Assembly: GCA_951406725.2 (NCBI GenBank)
Contig: OX597819.1
Location: 52,328,001-52,392,000, forward strand
Origin: Octopus vulgaris
Taxonomy: Eukaryota
Reading direction: 5' to 3'
Length of the DNA stretch: 64,000 nucleotides
A program made the translations under genes and the position numbers. Positions 12,013-26,004 of the stretch are shown one piece after another. Each line of letters starts with the position of its first letter. The stretch's first letter is position 1. Under the pieces are notes generated by a model that was not told where the DNA came from, did no database searches, and saw only the letters and a list, made by a program, of their open reading frames with translations.

Positions 12013-13486
12013 TATATTTTATGAGCAACACACCATATATAATGTGCGTGTATGTGTGTGTGTGTATTGTTGTTCTGTTGAAAGCAAAAATCGGAAATTC
12101 AGAATAGCAACGAACTAAACCCTTAATTTCAAGTAAATGAATAAACTACATGTACTGAGTAGCTTTTAGTTTTGCTTGTAAATTCAAATCCTCAACCAAC
12201 GCTGGCAAGGGAAATGGATAAATGACAATATGATTATGGTGATATGTGTATGGAGGTGGAGAGATAGAAAGATGAACCGTAGATATAATAACAGTGAATA
12301 CCTTCCTACTGTCCTTGAAGTTCACCCTCCTCCCCTGAAACAGTTTCTGAGTTTACCTCTTACTATCCCCAACTCACTCTTCACTGCTTGAATACACTCT
12401 TTCTAATTTTATGCACAGTCTCTCTCCCTCTTTTGCTCTTCCACTCTCCTTACCCTAGGCTGTTTGATACAACAAGGTCATATACCAAAACTAAAGCAAA
12501 TGCTAGCAAAAAAAAACCAAAAAAAACAATCAGAAGCTCTTCCTTGTACCCAATCTAAGAGATACTGACTCAACCCCTACCCCGCCCGCTCCCTGCCCTA
12601 CACACACACATATATGCATACACAGACGTGTGTGCTTGCACACATGCATACTTATGGTCATTATTGACACAACACGTTTTAAGTGCAATCTGGTAGGTGT
12701 TTTCACTTACAAGCACACCAATGGTTGTTGTTGAATGTTCTAATAACGGACTTTATTTGCTCTAACAAAGAGAAAGCTTTAGCATCAGTCTACAAAGCAG
12801 AAAGCAAACATTTCGGACACGATGATGGTGATGAGAGAGGAAAACGAAGAGAGAGAGAGAACGAGGCAGCCTTGGACAACTGGTCAGACCATCAGTGTTT
12901 TCATTGCATTCGGTTTGTAGCGAAAGAAGACAAAGTGCTTAGCTGCTTACTATGTAAACACCATTCAATCAGCCTTCTATAAATATACATACATACATGC
13001 ACAAATTATAGATATATATACACATACATATGCATATATAAAATGTAAGTAAATAATAGGGTTTGTGTCTTATTGTTAATGTGTAGTATATTTCGATACA
13101 TGTGTATACAGTCTTCTATAAATATACATACATGCACAAATTATATCATATATATATATATATATATAATGTATGTAAACAACAGGGTGAACATATATGT
13201 GGTATGTAGGTAGGTTATACATGTGTATATGTATACTTCAATGCTGTGTATGTGTGTGGGCACTTACAGATATGTGTGCGTTATGTGTGTTTCTGTATAT
13301 ATAGCTTCAATGATTCATGCATACAAGATGTAATCATACGTATGCAATTAAAATATATATATAGCAAATGCATACACATACATACATATATATATATATG
13401 CGTATATGTATATGTGCGTATATATAGATATAAATGCATACGTGTGTGTGTGTATATACATATATAAATATAAGTGTGTGTGTGTA

Positions 13487-13530
<44 letters not shown>

Positions 13531-14984
13531 TAAGTGTGTGTGTGTATATATATATATATATAACATTTGTATTTGTTTCTATGTTTATGTAACGCACATA
13601 CATACAGGTAAATAGATCCTTATATTTAGGCATAAATACATACATCTTAACACATATACACACACTTAGATGCAAATCTTTCTGCAGATGATCTGTATAT
13701 ACATGTGTGCGCATGTGTGTGTGTATTGCACATGTGTATTGATGTGTGATGGAAGTATGTATGCATATCTATATACACAAGCCATTTACACAGCACATAT
13801 GTACACAGTGAGAATCATAATTTCACAAGCTGTGACTGTGTGTACACAGTGACAGCCATGGCATTGTTGACATTAACTGTTGTGTTCGCTCTGCGTGCGA
13901 GTGTGCATGTCTGTGTGTGTGATTGCATATGTGTGCCTGAGCACACATATGGGGATGGTCTTAGCTGTCAACATATCTATTTGCATTACATGTTAAGAAA
14001 CAACAAACCTCCCCCGTACCCCACCGTGCACCAACTGGCCACCCACCCACTCAACCAGCCCTTCTTGCTCAGCCATGACTTTCCTTTCCTTTCCATCAAG
14101 TGAGAGAGATGTGTGTATACATGTTTGTATGTATATACATATACACACACATACACATATATATATATATACACACATATACATATACACATTAATTTAT
14201 ACACACACATACATATATAGACATATACACACATTTATACACACACACACACACATATACATATATGTATATGTGTGTATATGTATTTACACATATACAT
14301 ATACACACATATACATATATATACACATACAAACATTTATACACACACATATACATACATATACACACATACATATACACATATATATTTATACACACAT
14401 AAACATATATATACATACAGACACATTTATACACACACACACATATACATACACACAGACATATACACACATTATATATGTAATGTATGTACAAATGAAC
14501 ACATCGGTCTACAGATAGATAGATAAATAGACATGTAGGTAGGTATACATATACAGGTGTGTGAGTGTGTCTGTGTACATAAGACTGTTTGCGCTTGTGT
14601 GTAATGGACATTGTAAACAGTAACATCATGCAAGTGTTTGCCAAGAGACAACGACTTATGTAGCCTGTACACAGAATACAAATACGGCAGCCAGAGGAGA
14701 TGATAGCCAGTGGTCAGTCCATTGGAAATAACCCAGTGGGCAAACACACACACACACACATGGTGTCAGTCATTAAAACATGTGTTTCTCTATACTGAAG
14801 AGGAGCCATAATGGTTGTATTATGAGGGTTTAAAGGAGGGAGGATGGAGGAGGATGAGGGGGAGTGGCTGAGGATGGGACACAGAAGTGAATAGATTTGA
14901 ATGTAAGATAAATACCATTACCACCATCAACAATACAACGTCCACCACCATCACAACTACCATCACTACCATTATGAGCCGAGG

Positions 14985-15460
14985 AGGTGTTCTCAGTGTG
15001 GTCAATGGTGGCTTGATCTGCTAGAAGCAGCAGTCAGATCTTCCTCAAATCACTCGCTGATTGCTTCAAAAAGATCTGGTGCTTTGTAGAATGTCATCCT
15101 GGGTATACTAAAGGACTGGGTGGCCTCCAATGGAATACCTTAATAATGGGTGTGCTCAATATGGGGTTGCCTTGGAGCTAATAAACCACAATCAAAGAAA
15201 TATTTAGAATATAATACTACCACAGTACTACCCACCACCACCACCACAACAACAACAAATATGCCAACAGTTCCAACAACAATCACACAAGCAAACAAAA
15301 TCCTATTTGTGGTGACTTGACTTGCTAGAAATAGCAACCAAATATCTTACAATTCACTCCCTACTTTATTGTCTTAGATGACAAAAGGGAGGACATACTG
15401 GGTATGTAATGCCTTCAATCATAAGTCAAGTCAATCAAGACTAATTAAGGACTAAACAAC
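14985..15460 (-). repeat. Two family E copies in ACC-rich context
   Basis: CTGCTAGAAGCAGCAG...CCTCAAATCAC and TTGCTAGAAATAGCAACCAAAT...GCCTTCAATCATAAGTC...GACTAAACAACA. Confidence 0.55.
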
Positions 15461-15683
15461 AGCAGTAACAGTGTTACTGTCCCCATCACCAACATCAACA
15501 GCACTAGAATCATTATATCCAGTAATTTAATTAACCATCTCAACCATTATTAAGGACACTGTGAAGAGAGAAGGGAAGATGGAAAGGGGAAGCAATGTAG
15601 AAAAGGAGAGTAATACACATACACGAATTATCTCTCGTACCTATGGAGAGACAGCCGTGTACGTAGGTAGGTGGGTAGGGAGG

Positions 15684-15864
15684 GAGAGAGAGAGAGAGAG
15701 AGAGAGAGATAGATAAGGATAGATAGATAGATAAATAGATAAGGATAGATTAGATAGATAGACAGATTAGATAGACACGATAGATAGATAGATAGATTAG
15801 ATAGACAGATAGATAGATGATAGATAGATTAGATAGATAGATAGATAGACAGATAGATGGATGA

Positions 15865-15896
<32 letters not shown>

Positions 15897-15980
15897 TAGA
15901 TAGATAGATTAGATAGATAGATAGATAGATAGATAGAGAAAGAGAGAGAAGGAGAGCAAGAGACAGACAGACAGATTGAT
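15684..15980. repeat. (AG)n/(GATA)n microsatellite
   Basis: Seen directly. Confidence 0.95.
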
Positions 15981-16517
15981 AAATAAAATACATAGATTGG
16001 TAGGTAGGTGAAAGGACAGACGGACGGATGGAGGGACATATAAATAGGCACTAATATGAAGGTAGATGGTTTATGAAAGATAGAGAGATTTGTAACAGAG
16101 AAATGGAAAGAGAGAGACATTAGGAGAGAGAGAGTGAGGTAAATTTAACATATGTGGCTATGTATGTATGACGTGAAGTTGTGAGGGGTGAGGTGTTTAT
16201 AAGAGGACGGTGGGTACTGGTAGAGAGGCAGCCAGACAGACAGAAGCATAAGGGGGGAGACGGAGGTGCATGTAGTCAGCTAATGTAAAGAAACACATCA
16301 AAAACCTTTATTATTATGAGATATAACACACACACACACATGCAAAAAGATACTGATATTAATGCATTTGTGTGTATATATATACATGTATATATATACA
16401 TGTATGTTATACATATATGCATATTATATACATATATATATATATATGTATGTATGTATATATATACACATATTATATAAATGCATTATATACACATACA
16501 CACACACAACAGACTAC

Positions 16518-16609
16518 GGAACCTGGTGCGGCCCTTGGCCTTGCCAGTTCCTATCAAGTCATCCAACCCATGCCAGCATGGAAAATGGATGGTAAATGAT
16601 GATGATGAT
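16518..16609 (+). mobile_element. Family D 3' end with (GAT)n tail
   Basis: CCAACCCATGCCAGCATGGAAAATGGATGGTAAATGATGATG. Confidence 0.7.
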
Positions 16610-17321
16610 GTATGTGTGCCTGTGTACATTTAGATGTATATATTTATATGTCTGTATATGTGCTACACACACACACACACACACACAAAGAAGGAGAGTC
16701 AGACAGACAGATCCTTGTGGTCATCTAATGTAAACAGACAAATGAAGAAGAGAGAGAAAAGAGTAGGTGGTGGAGGGGATGAGTATTAGGAAGCAAAACG
16801 TAGGGGAGGAGGTACAAAGAAAGGTGGGGGGTAAAAGATCATGATAGTGTGGGAGTGGTAGTGGTGGTTGGAATCAGGAAAAGATGAGAGGAGGTGGGGA
16901 GGTTTTAAGATCACAAAGTGATGCGGGGGTGGGTGGACGTACAGTAGAATATGTAGAAGCAAAAGTGGTGGAACGACGAGATGGATGAAGGGGCGGGGGG
17001 GGGGGGGTAGGTATGTCGAGGAGGAGGAGGAGGAAGCAGATAAGAGAAAGCAGGAAGGGTGGATGCGGGGGAGACGGTGCAACCGAGCTAGTTTGAGGAT
17101 GGATGCAGAGCGGAATGAGAGCAATTGGATGAGACAGGTGAAGGTGGTCGGTGTGGAGAGCTGCAGCGAGGTTGAGTGGCCTGCTTAATGCATGCAATCT
17201 TGAAAGAGAGTGTGTCAACTGAGCTGATGATGGCCAGCAGGCCACTCCAATAACTTTACATCGCCATAACATTGTCAATGAGAATTAACAACTTCAACAC
17301 TGTTAACTTCATCTGCACTGA

Positions 17322-17358
<37 letters not shown>

Positions 17359-17569
17359 GTGTATTACACGCATACTTTTAGACATGCACACACACCTTCC
17401 CTCTCTCTCTCTCTCTAGCTCAGTCATATAGAGTAGTGCAATGTGGTTTGGCATGGCATGGTATGATGCATTGTAGTTATGTTGAAGAGAGATAAATTAT
17501 TGCACAGTGCAGTGGTTCCCGACTGGGGCCTGTATAAGATTCTGCTGTTAAAATTTACATGCAAGGAAT

Positions 17570-17958
17570 TCTCTTTACTCTCTTTTACTTGTTTCAGTCA
17601 TTTGACTGTGGCCATGCTGGAGCACCACCTTTAGTTGAACAAATCGACCCCCCAGGACTTATTCTTTGTAAGCCTAGTACATATTCTTTCGATCTCTTTT
17701 GCCGAACCGCTAAGTTACAAGGAAGTAAACACACCAGCATCGGTTGTCAAGCAATGTTGGGGGGACAAACACAGACACACAAACACACACACATATATAT
17801 GACGGGCTTCTTTCAGTTTCTGTCTACCAAATCCACTCACAAGGCTTTGGTCGGCCTGAGTTTATAGTAGAAGACACTTGACCAAGATGCCATGCAGTGG
17901 CACTAAAACCCGGAACCATGTGGTTCATAAGCAAGCTACTTACCACACAGCCACTCCT
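17570..17958 (-). mobile_element. Full-length SINE family A
   Basis: Collinear, high-similarity copy. Confidence 0.9.
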
Positions 17959-18534
17959 ATGCATGGCCACAGTCTACTGACTGAAACAAGTAAAATATAA
18001 AAGATACAAGCAAGGTTGTTCATTTCCAATCTTCTATGAAAGAAACGAGGTGGTATCAAAAGGTTACCAGACTAGTTCTGTAGTGTGCCAACAGATGACA
18101 ACACAGGGTTACATGTGCAACAGTACATTGGTCTACTACAGAACAGTACATTAGTCTCAATGACTTCTGGGCAGAGTAGTTCTAGCTGTGACAGGCTGGA
18201 AAGCAAAACAATGCCAATGACAACAACAATGGCAATGATGGTTACAATGATGATGACAAACATAACCATGAGGCTAACTTTTCAATCATCACCATCATTG
18301 ATTGACATTAGATCTGAGAAGTCTGGATGTATATTAGAACAACAACAAAAACTTAACAATACGTTAAACTAAAGCAAAAACAAACCACAATAGCAATATC
18401 ATTGTTCAACACTACACACACACACACACGTGCGTGCATACATACATTCATACAAATGTGCTCACTTGCTACATATACAAATGTTGCATTAAAATCATCA
18501 ATGCTGTTATCATTGATATCAAGTGTAAGCTGTA

Positions 18535-19405
18535 CACAACCACCAACACAGCCATTACAACCACCAATACAACCATCATCACAACCACCAACACAGTGTT
18601 CACAACCACCATCATAACCACCAATACAACCACCATCATAACCACCAATACAACCACCATCACAACCACCAATACAACCATCATCACAACCACCAACACA
18701 GTGTTCACAACCACCATCACAACCACCAATACAACCATCATCACAACCACCAATACAGTGTTCACAACCACCAATACAATCATCATCACAACCACTAACA
18801 GTGTTCACAACCACCATCACAACCACCAATACAATCACAACCACCAACACAATGTTCACAAACACCATCATAACCACCAATACAACCATCATCACAATGT
18901 TCACAACCACCATCACAACCACCAATACAACCATCATCACAACCACCAACACAGTGTTCACAACCACCAATACAACCATCATCATAACCACCAATACAAC
19001 CATCATCACAACCACCAATACAGTGTTCACAACCACCAATACAATCATCATCACAACCACTAACAGTGTTCACAACCACCAATACAACCATCATCAAAAC
19101 CACCAGCAAAACCATCACAACCACCAATACAACCATCATCACAATGTTCACAACCACCAATACAACCATCATCACAACCACCAACACAATGTTCACAACC
19201 ACCAATACAACCATCATCAAAACCACCAGCAAAACCATCACAACCACCAATACAACCATCATTAAAACCACCAGCAAAACCATCACAACCACCATCACAA
19301 TGTTCACAACCACCAATACAACCATCATCACAACCACCAGCAAAACCATTATAACCACCATCAAAAACCATCACAACCACCAACACAATCAACACAACCA
19401 CCACA
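18535..19405. repeat. Triplet-based minisatellite, ~24-bp unit ACAACCACCAATACAACCATCATC
   Basis: Seen directly; produces the Thr-rich, His-rich, Val-rich and GGC-rich ORFs in several frames. Confidence 0.92.
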
Positions 19406-19900
19406 AAAACACTGAATCGCCAATGCAACAAGAATACAGCACAAATCGAAAACTACACTATATGAGGAACCACCAATCATCACAAACAACCACTGAACTA
19501 CCAACACCCCCAATGGTACAAAACCATCATCACACGAACGAATACTAAATCAAAACCTCTGCCACATGAATAACAGCAGCAATAAAACCATAGATCTGAA
19601 GTGAACTAAATTACCTGAACTGTTAGATATTATCCAAGTACTTTCATTACAAATATCAAGAAGAATACAATAACCATATTGGTAGTTGTTGCTGTTGTTG
19701 TTGTTGTTCTATTGTTTGGTTGTTGTTTTTCTGTTCTTTTTGTTTTGTTCTATGTGTTTGTGTGTGTGTGTTTTTGTTTAAATACATTTTCTGTTTCTTT
19801 TTTTTTTCTTTAATTTTCTTTTTTTCCATGTCTGTTGCTTAGAGCTTTCATTATAGAAAATGTTGCATCAGACAAATTATCTACAGTAGATAGATAATGT

Positions 19901-19954
<54 letters not shown>

Positions 19955-19957
19955 GTA

Positions 19958-20021
<64 letters not shown>

Positions 20022-20149
20022 AGCAAGCAGGTATTAAGCACAGAGATGTAAGAATGAATATGTATGTGTATATGCATCTTCACATATGAAAAAAAAACCT
20101 GTGTATGTGTGTTTGCGAATATACATACTAACATACTAGAGAGAAGGAT

Positions 20150-20225
20150 GGGTGACAGAGAGAGGGAAGGATGACAGAGAGAGGGAAGGGTGATAGAGAG
20201 AGGGAAGGGTGACAGAGAGAGGGAG
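20150..20225. repeat. 19-bp tandem repeat x4 (GACAGAGAGAGGGAAGGGT)
   Basis: Units start at 20154, 20173, 20192 and 20211. Confidence 0.9.
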
Positions 20226-20386
20226 GAAGAAAGCATATGCATAAACACATGAATATATATGCAAAAACACACACAAGTATATACTTACATACACACTAGT
20301 ATATATGTACATATTTATATATCTATATATACATATATATACATATATACATATATATACATATATATATATATACACATATATAC

Positions 20387-20512
<126 letters not shown>

Positions 20513-20613
20513 ACATACACAAATACATATACATAAGAAGACATAATCACATGACTGCATATGTACACACACGCAAACACCTGAATACATGTACCTGTGA
20601 ACACATACTCACA

Positions 20614-20655
<42 letters not shown>

Positions 20656-21154
20656 GAAGCATTTTAGCCTACAAATACAGGTGGTGAAATCGTGTGTAAA
20701 AGAATAGACATTAACTAAGATTTCCGACATGATGGGAGACGGTGTTGGCGCTGGCAGGATGCTGCTGATGCCGTTGTGGCTGATTTGAGTGGACAGTGAA
20801 GGTGACGCTTACAGTGATAAAACTTAATTCAAATATTTGAGTAGTTACAGTTAAGCCACCAAGAGACCACTTCATCAAGTTTAACATTAACAAACAGTTG
20901 AATTAAATCACTGAACCCAAGTCTGTAATGAATATTTACAACAAATCATATACCAGATATTATTACTGGTGCTTTATGTTTTAATTTTTTTTTTTTTGGA
21001 ATTTGATCAAGTTTATTATTAGATACAGTTTAACCATTTTGTGACCAATTTCTATATTTCTAATCAAATGTGAGTGTTTCAATTCGTTTGGAAAATAATC
21101 AAGAATTTTAAGGAACTGGGTAATGTGACTAAAATTTCTCATTGGTTTCCAACT

Positions 21155-21485
21155 GCGTGGTTCCCGGTTCATTCCCACTGCATGGACGAATGTCTTCTGC
21201 TACAGCCTCAGGCTGACCAAAGCCTTGTGAGTGAATTTGGTAGACAGAAACTGAAAGAAATCCATTGTGTGTGTGTGTGCACGTGTGTGTGTGTATGCAT
21301 GTGTCTTTGTGTGCCCTCAGTCAACACTTGACAACCAGTGTTGGTGTGTTAACATCCTGTAACTTAGTAGTTCGGCAAAAGAGATCAATAGAATAAGTAT
21401 CAGACTTTAGAAAAACATAAGTACTGAGGTTGTCATTCAACTAAAATTCTTCAAGGTGGTGTCCCAAATGAAAGAATAAAAGAAT
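21155..21485 (+). mobile_element. SINE family A, diverged
   Basis: Matches the family A core and tail. Confidence 0.75.
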
Positions 21486-21620
21486 CAGGTATTGTTTGGA
21501 AAATAACAGGGGTCTATGATAAATCTATGATGACAAGGTTTTCGCTCCCCTGGGCATTGACACACTAAAAGTTTCAATGTCTAGCAGCTGACTTGATAGT
21601 ACTTTCAATATTATCTACCA

Positions 21621-21856
21621 CTGAAGGTGGCAAGCTGGCAGAATTGTTAGCATGCCGGGCAAAATGCTTAGCAGTATTTCGTCTGCCATTACGTTCTGAG
21701 TTCAAATTCCACCGAGGTTGACTTTGCCTTTCATTCTTTCGGGGTCAATTAAATAAGTACCAGTTATGCATTGGGGTCAATGTAATCGACTTAACCCCTT
21801 TTTCTGTCCTTGTTTGTACCCTCTATGTTTAGCCCCCTGTGGGCAATAAAGAAATA
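21621..21856 (+). mobile_element. Full-length SINE family B (tail type 1) with 14-bp TSD
   Basis: AATATTATCTACCA at 21607-21620 and 21857-21870. Confidence 0.92.
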
Positions 21857-22339
21857 AATATTATCTACCATCTTTTGAATTTAATGCCTCTACCTTTTAT
21901 GGACGTGTCTATAAAATCAAAAACCAAGCACAGCACCCATAACTTGTCAGAAACATTTTTTCACACTTAGAGTTGCTGAAGTATGAAATAAAATACTTAT
22001 TCGGATACTGCATCCATAAATGCAGGAACAAAATCTACTTAGAGGGAACAAACCCAAATCCCATATTTTTTACAATCAAGGTTGATCTTTTCAGGTTTAA
22101 TATCAAAACAAATACAGATATAATGATAATAGTAACTATTATATTTGTACATCACTCAAATCAGATAAATCCAATATTGGCAAAGTAACGTTTCAAGTCA
22201 GTCTAAAAATAATTCTACGCTTGTTCATTTTGGCCATGAAGATTTTCAGAAGGATGTTCAAAGCGTTTTCAATGTGCCCCGCTCCAAAATTTTAGGGGGT
22301 GCATTTGCACTCCCTGTTCTTGTGCCTATGACTGCATCC

Positions 22340-22586
22340 TTCAAAAATTCCTTGGTTCTTGAAATTCACCAGCATTACTCTTGCACCCTTATTCTTTATG
22401 ATTCATCTGACATTCACTTTTCTCTATTTTTGTGCTTTATTCACTGTACCGTGCATGTACTTCTAACTTTCATTGCTGTCAACCTTTACTTGCTTTACAT
22501 GTCTACTTGCTGTCCTCTCTTTTGAGTTTTTCCAGTTATCTGTAGTGCATTTAAGCACTGCATACAGCAAGCTCATTATTATTATA
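22340..22586 (+). mobile_element. Possible CR1/L2-type LINE 3' end remnant
   Basis: Pyrimidine-rich body ending TGTAGTGCATTTAAGCACTGCATACAGCAAGCTC(ATT)n, resembling L2/CR1 tails. Confidence 0.35.
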
Positions 22587-23481
22587 ACTTAAATACAAAC
22601 ATTTCTCTAAAACTGGAGATTTTGTTTCATAGAATCAAGGGCACCCTCAGGGTAGGATGGTATCAAAAGCATTAAGACTTTGAATGGAAATAAAACAGCC
22701 AGGATCCTTAATAAATGATGGTCAATTATATAGTGTTATTGTAAATTAATGATGGTTAGTTATAAGCCATTGTAACGATTCATTCTTTTGGAATTATAAT
22801 TGGATGGTTGGGAAATAATTATTTAATCTCTTGAATATCAGTCACTAACTCCAAGTCAATACAAACAAATTAAATTCCTGAAGCTGTGGAAGAAGCAAAT
22901 GAAATGAGTGGCTGCATGTGAAGATCACCAATATAGTGGTTTATACTTATCCTCGAAGAGGAAATAGTGGATAATAGTAAAAGCTTTAAGTTAAAATCTT
23001 ACCAGCAGGAAGTCAAAACTAGCCAAAGTACTAGAGAACTAGCTAAAAAAAAAAAAGTGGATGTATATCTTTACATCTCCTGTGGCATGCTGTATTTAGT
23101 AACCTAACAAAATAGTTTTCCAGATGTTAATCAGAACCACTCTTCGAATACTATTTAATGGATGTTAGAATCTGATTAGGATGTTATACAGATAAGATAT
23201 AAACCTGAATGTTGGTCTATTACAGGATTGTAAGTTTCCAAGGGTTTTAGGGTATAAAACAGATGAGAGATAAATCTGGATGGGATGTTGGTTTCAGGCA
23301 ACATGGCCAGATAGTATGATACATCTTCCAGATAATTTGGTACTTCATGCCAGACAATCCAGTACCTCTCTCTCTTCCTAACAGGTAGGAAGAGCTTAAG
23401 CAATGTAGAATAATGAATAGGATCCAGAAACACAACAAAACATCTGGAATGGATTTGGAGCAGTGATAAAGTATAAGCAAG

Positions 23482-23612
23482 TTCCACCGAGGTCGACTTT
23501 GCCTTTCATCCTTTCGGGGTTGATAAATTAAGCACCAGTTGCGCACTGGGGTCGATCTAATTGACTTTCCCCTCCCCCAAAATTTCAGGCCTTGTGCCTA
23601 GAGAAGAGAAGA
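23482..23612 (+). mobile_element. 5'-truncated SINE family B (tail type 2) with 16-bp TSD
   Basis: ATAAAGTATAAGCAAG at 23466-23481 and 23613-23628. Confidence 0.92.
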
Positions 23613-23694
23613 ATAAAGTATAAGCAAGAAATCCAAAATCTTATCCACTAAGCCACTTTGCTTCTAGTCTAAGACTGGTGACAGAACATCACAA

Positions 23695-24005
23695 ATCACA
23701 TGGTTCTGGGTTCAGTTCCACTGCGTGGCAGCTTGGGCAAGTATATTTTAATATATAGCCTTGGGCCAACCAAAGCCATGTGAATGTATTTGGTAGATGG
23801 AAACTGAAAGAAGCCCACCATATACATGTATATATCTATGTGTGTGCCTTTGTGCCTGTATGTGTCCCATCACCACTTGACAACTGACCGATAGAATAAG
23901 TACTGAGCTTAAAAGAAAATAAGGTCAAGGGGTTGATTTGTTCAACTAAAACCCTTCAAGGCAGTGCTCCAGCATGGCTGAAATGACTGAAAGGATAAAA
24001 GAATA
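23695..24005 (+). mobile_element. SINE family A, internally deleted
   Basis: Head (GGTTCAGTTCCACTGCGTGGC...) and tail motifs present. Confidence 0.75.
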
Positions 24006-24211
24006 TCATTTGTGGTGTTGGTGGCAGAGGTGATTATAATGTAGGAGTGGTGAGAACATGGCAGGGAGGATGTGTTTGTGTTGGTGATATATGATGGGGA
24101 GATGCTAGTGATGTAGTGGTGGTCATGGCATGATTCTGGAGACCATAGTTAGGTTGACAATATAGTGCTAGTGGTGATGGTAAAGTGGTGGTGTAATGAA
24201 ACAGTAGTTAA

Positions 24212-24415
24212 TGTTGTTTAGCCCCAAGTGAGCCCTAATCAAGTAGGCCCTAATCTATGACCATAGACATTCCAATACCTTCCCATCTAGTTCATAGGTG
24301 CAGGGAATACAACACCACATTACAAAGCATGCCATTTTCCAAGACAATAGGATGTCATTTGAAGGGAATTTGACAGCTATTTCTAGCAAACGGGATGACT
24401 ATATAAATGCTCATT
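24212..24415 (+). repeat. Family E copy following GGT-rich tract
   Basis: TGTTGTTTAGCCCCAAG...CTATGACCATAGACATTCCA...TTTGAAGGGAATTTGACAGCTATTTCTAGCA. Confidence 0.65.
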
Positions 24416-24569
24416 TCCTTGCTTGGTATGACATCACTTCTTCCTTCCTTATTCATCTATCACCTCTTCCTTTCTCATTCAATAAACACAAGAGTATTAT
24501 AATAGTAGATTATCATGGTAACCATGGGAGCTATGAAAAAAATACAAAGCCCAGCATCACCACCTGATC

Positions 24570-24875
24570 ATTCTACACATCTGTGTAATTTTTCACGCAA
24601 TTCCACCCAGCCATTTGACCACGAATCCCAAGACAAAAAAGAGTCGCCCACATCAAATTTATATGTATGTGACCGCGTGTGTACCGTTGGCGATTTTTTC
24701 CCTCCGTGTTCCCTTCTCTGGATCTTTCCTTCTCCTATGTTTCCGACGAAGAGCTCCGTTTGAAACGTTAAACCCTCCTTCTTCCCTTCCTTCCTGAGCG
24801 TCCAATAATACTATATTTGTTCCACGTCCTCGCATTGTTGTGTTTTCTCTTTGTGTTTTCATGTTTGGATTAACT
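24570..24875 (+). mobile_element. Penelope-like element terminal-repeat fragment containing a hammerhead motif
   Basis: CpG-rich island ending in a T-rich tail ...TTTGGATTAAC next to (TA)n; hammerhead motif at 24739-24773. Confidence 0.6.
24739..24773 (+). ncRNA. Minimal type I hammerhead ribozyme motif (U4C variant)
   Basis: GTTT-CCGACGAA-GAGC-TCC-GTTT-GAAACGTT-AAAC: stem I GTTT/AAAC, stem II with wobbles, palindromic AACGTT. Confidence 0.7.
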
Positions 24876-25292
24876 ATATATATATGTATGTTTGTATGTT
24901 TCTACACAGTTCATGTCTATCAAATTAACTCACATAGCATTGATCAACTTGGGGTTTTAAAAGACTCTTGGCCAAGGAGCCACACAGTAGGACTGAACCC
25001 AAAACCATGTGGCTACAACACAAGCTTCTTAACTTCTTAACCACACAGCCATGCTTGCTCGTGCCCAGTAGTGAAAGTTAATAAAGGAAAGTGATGATGA
25101 AGCTTGTAATAATAGTGGTGGAGGTGGGGATGGCAGTGGGTGGTGGTATTGGAGGAAAGTGAAGAAAAGGAGAAAGCAGAAAAAGGAAAAGTAATGGGAA
25201 CAGGGAGGAGGAGGGAGGATAACATAGCAGAGAGTTGACAAACATCTAGTGTAAACTGTTCTTGTTTGTGTACCACACTGCACATTTACTTC

Positions 25293-25335
<43 letters not shown>

Positions 25336-26004
25336 ATCTATCTATCTCTCAGCTGCCACCACAACTCTCACCACCACCATAATGATCGTATATCGAAACA
25401 ATGTCTCTGCAACCCCTACCACTAAACCCATCAATAAAATGGTTGACCGATGCCAGTTCATTCCTCCTTCACTGAGATGCATATTTAATCAAATCATAAA
25501 GAAATAAATCAAATAAATAAATATATAAATAATCCTCCCCGCTATGCATAACATACATGTTGGGTGTACAGGGAAATGTGTGCATGTATAAATGTGTGTA
25601 CACACATTATATTCATTGATGGATGTGTGTGTGTGTGTGTGTGAGAAAGAGAATGTATGTAATCAAGCATACTTATGCATTTGTGTGGGTGAAGCATGGA
25701 TACATGTATCATGTATAAATATGTATTTAAACATGTGGATATATATATATATATATATCTATGAGTCTGTATAATGGTTTTGAGCAAGTATATATACATA
25801 TAATGGAATACAGAGATCTCTCTACAAGTACTCTGATGTTTGCAGTTGTATACATAAATGCATACATGTATAATATTTCAACACACACACACACACACAC
25901 ACACTTTACCTTTAACCCTCAAATGCATCTGTACACAGACACAACTTGATAAATCAATGCTTAACAAAAGCCTTATAAAAACTCGCACATGCACACAAAC
26001 ACAC

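Noticed and set aside
18353-19548. Thr-rich mucin-like, His-rich and GGC-rich ORFs
   Set aside because: Open on both strands and in several frames because of a triplet minisatellite; internal frameshifts, no splice or signal context.
22275-22330. hAT-like terminus (GGGGGTGCATTTGCAC...GCCTATG)
   Set aside because: No matching second end or TSD found.
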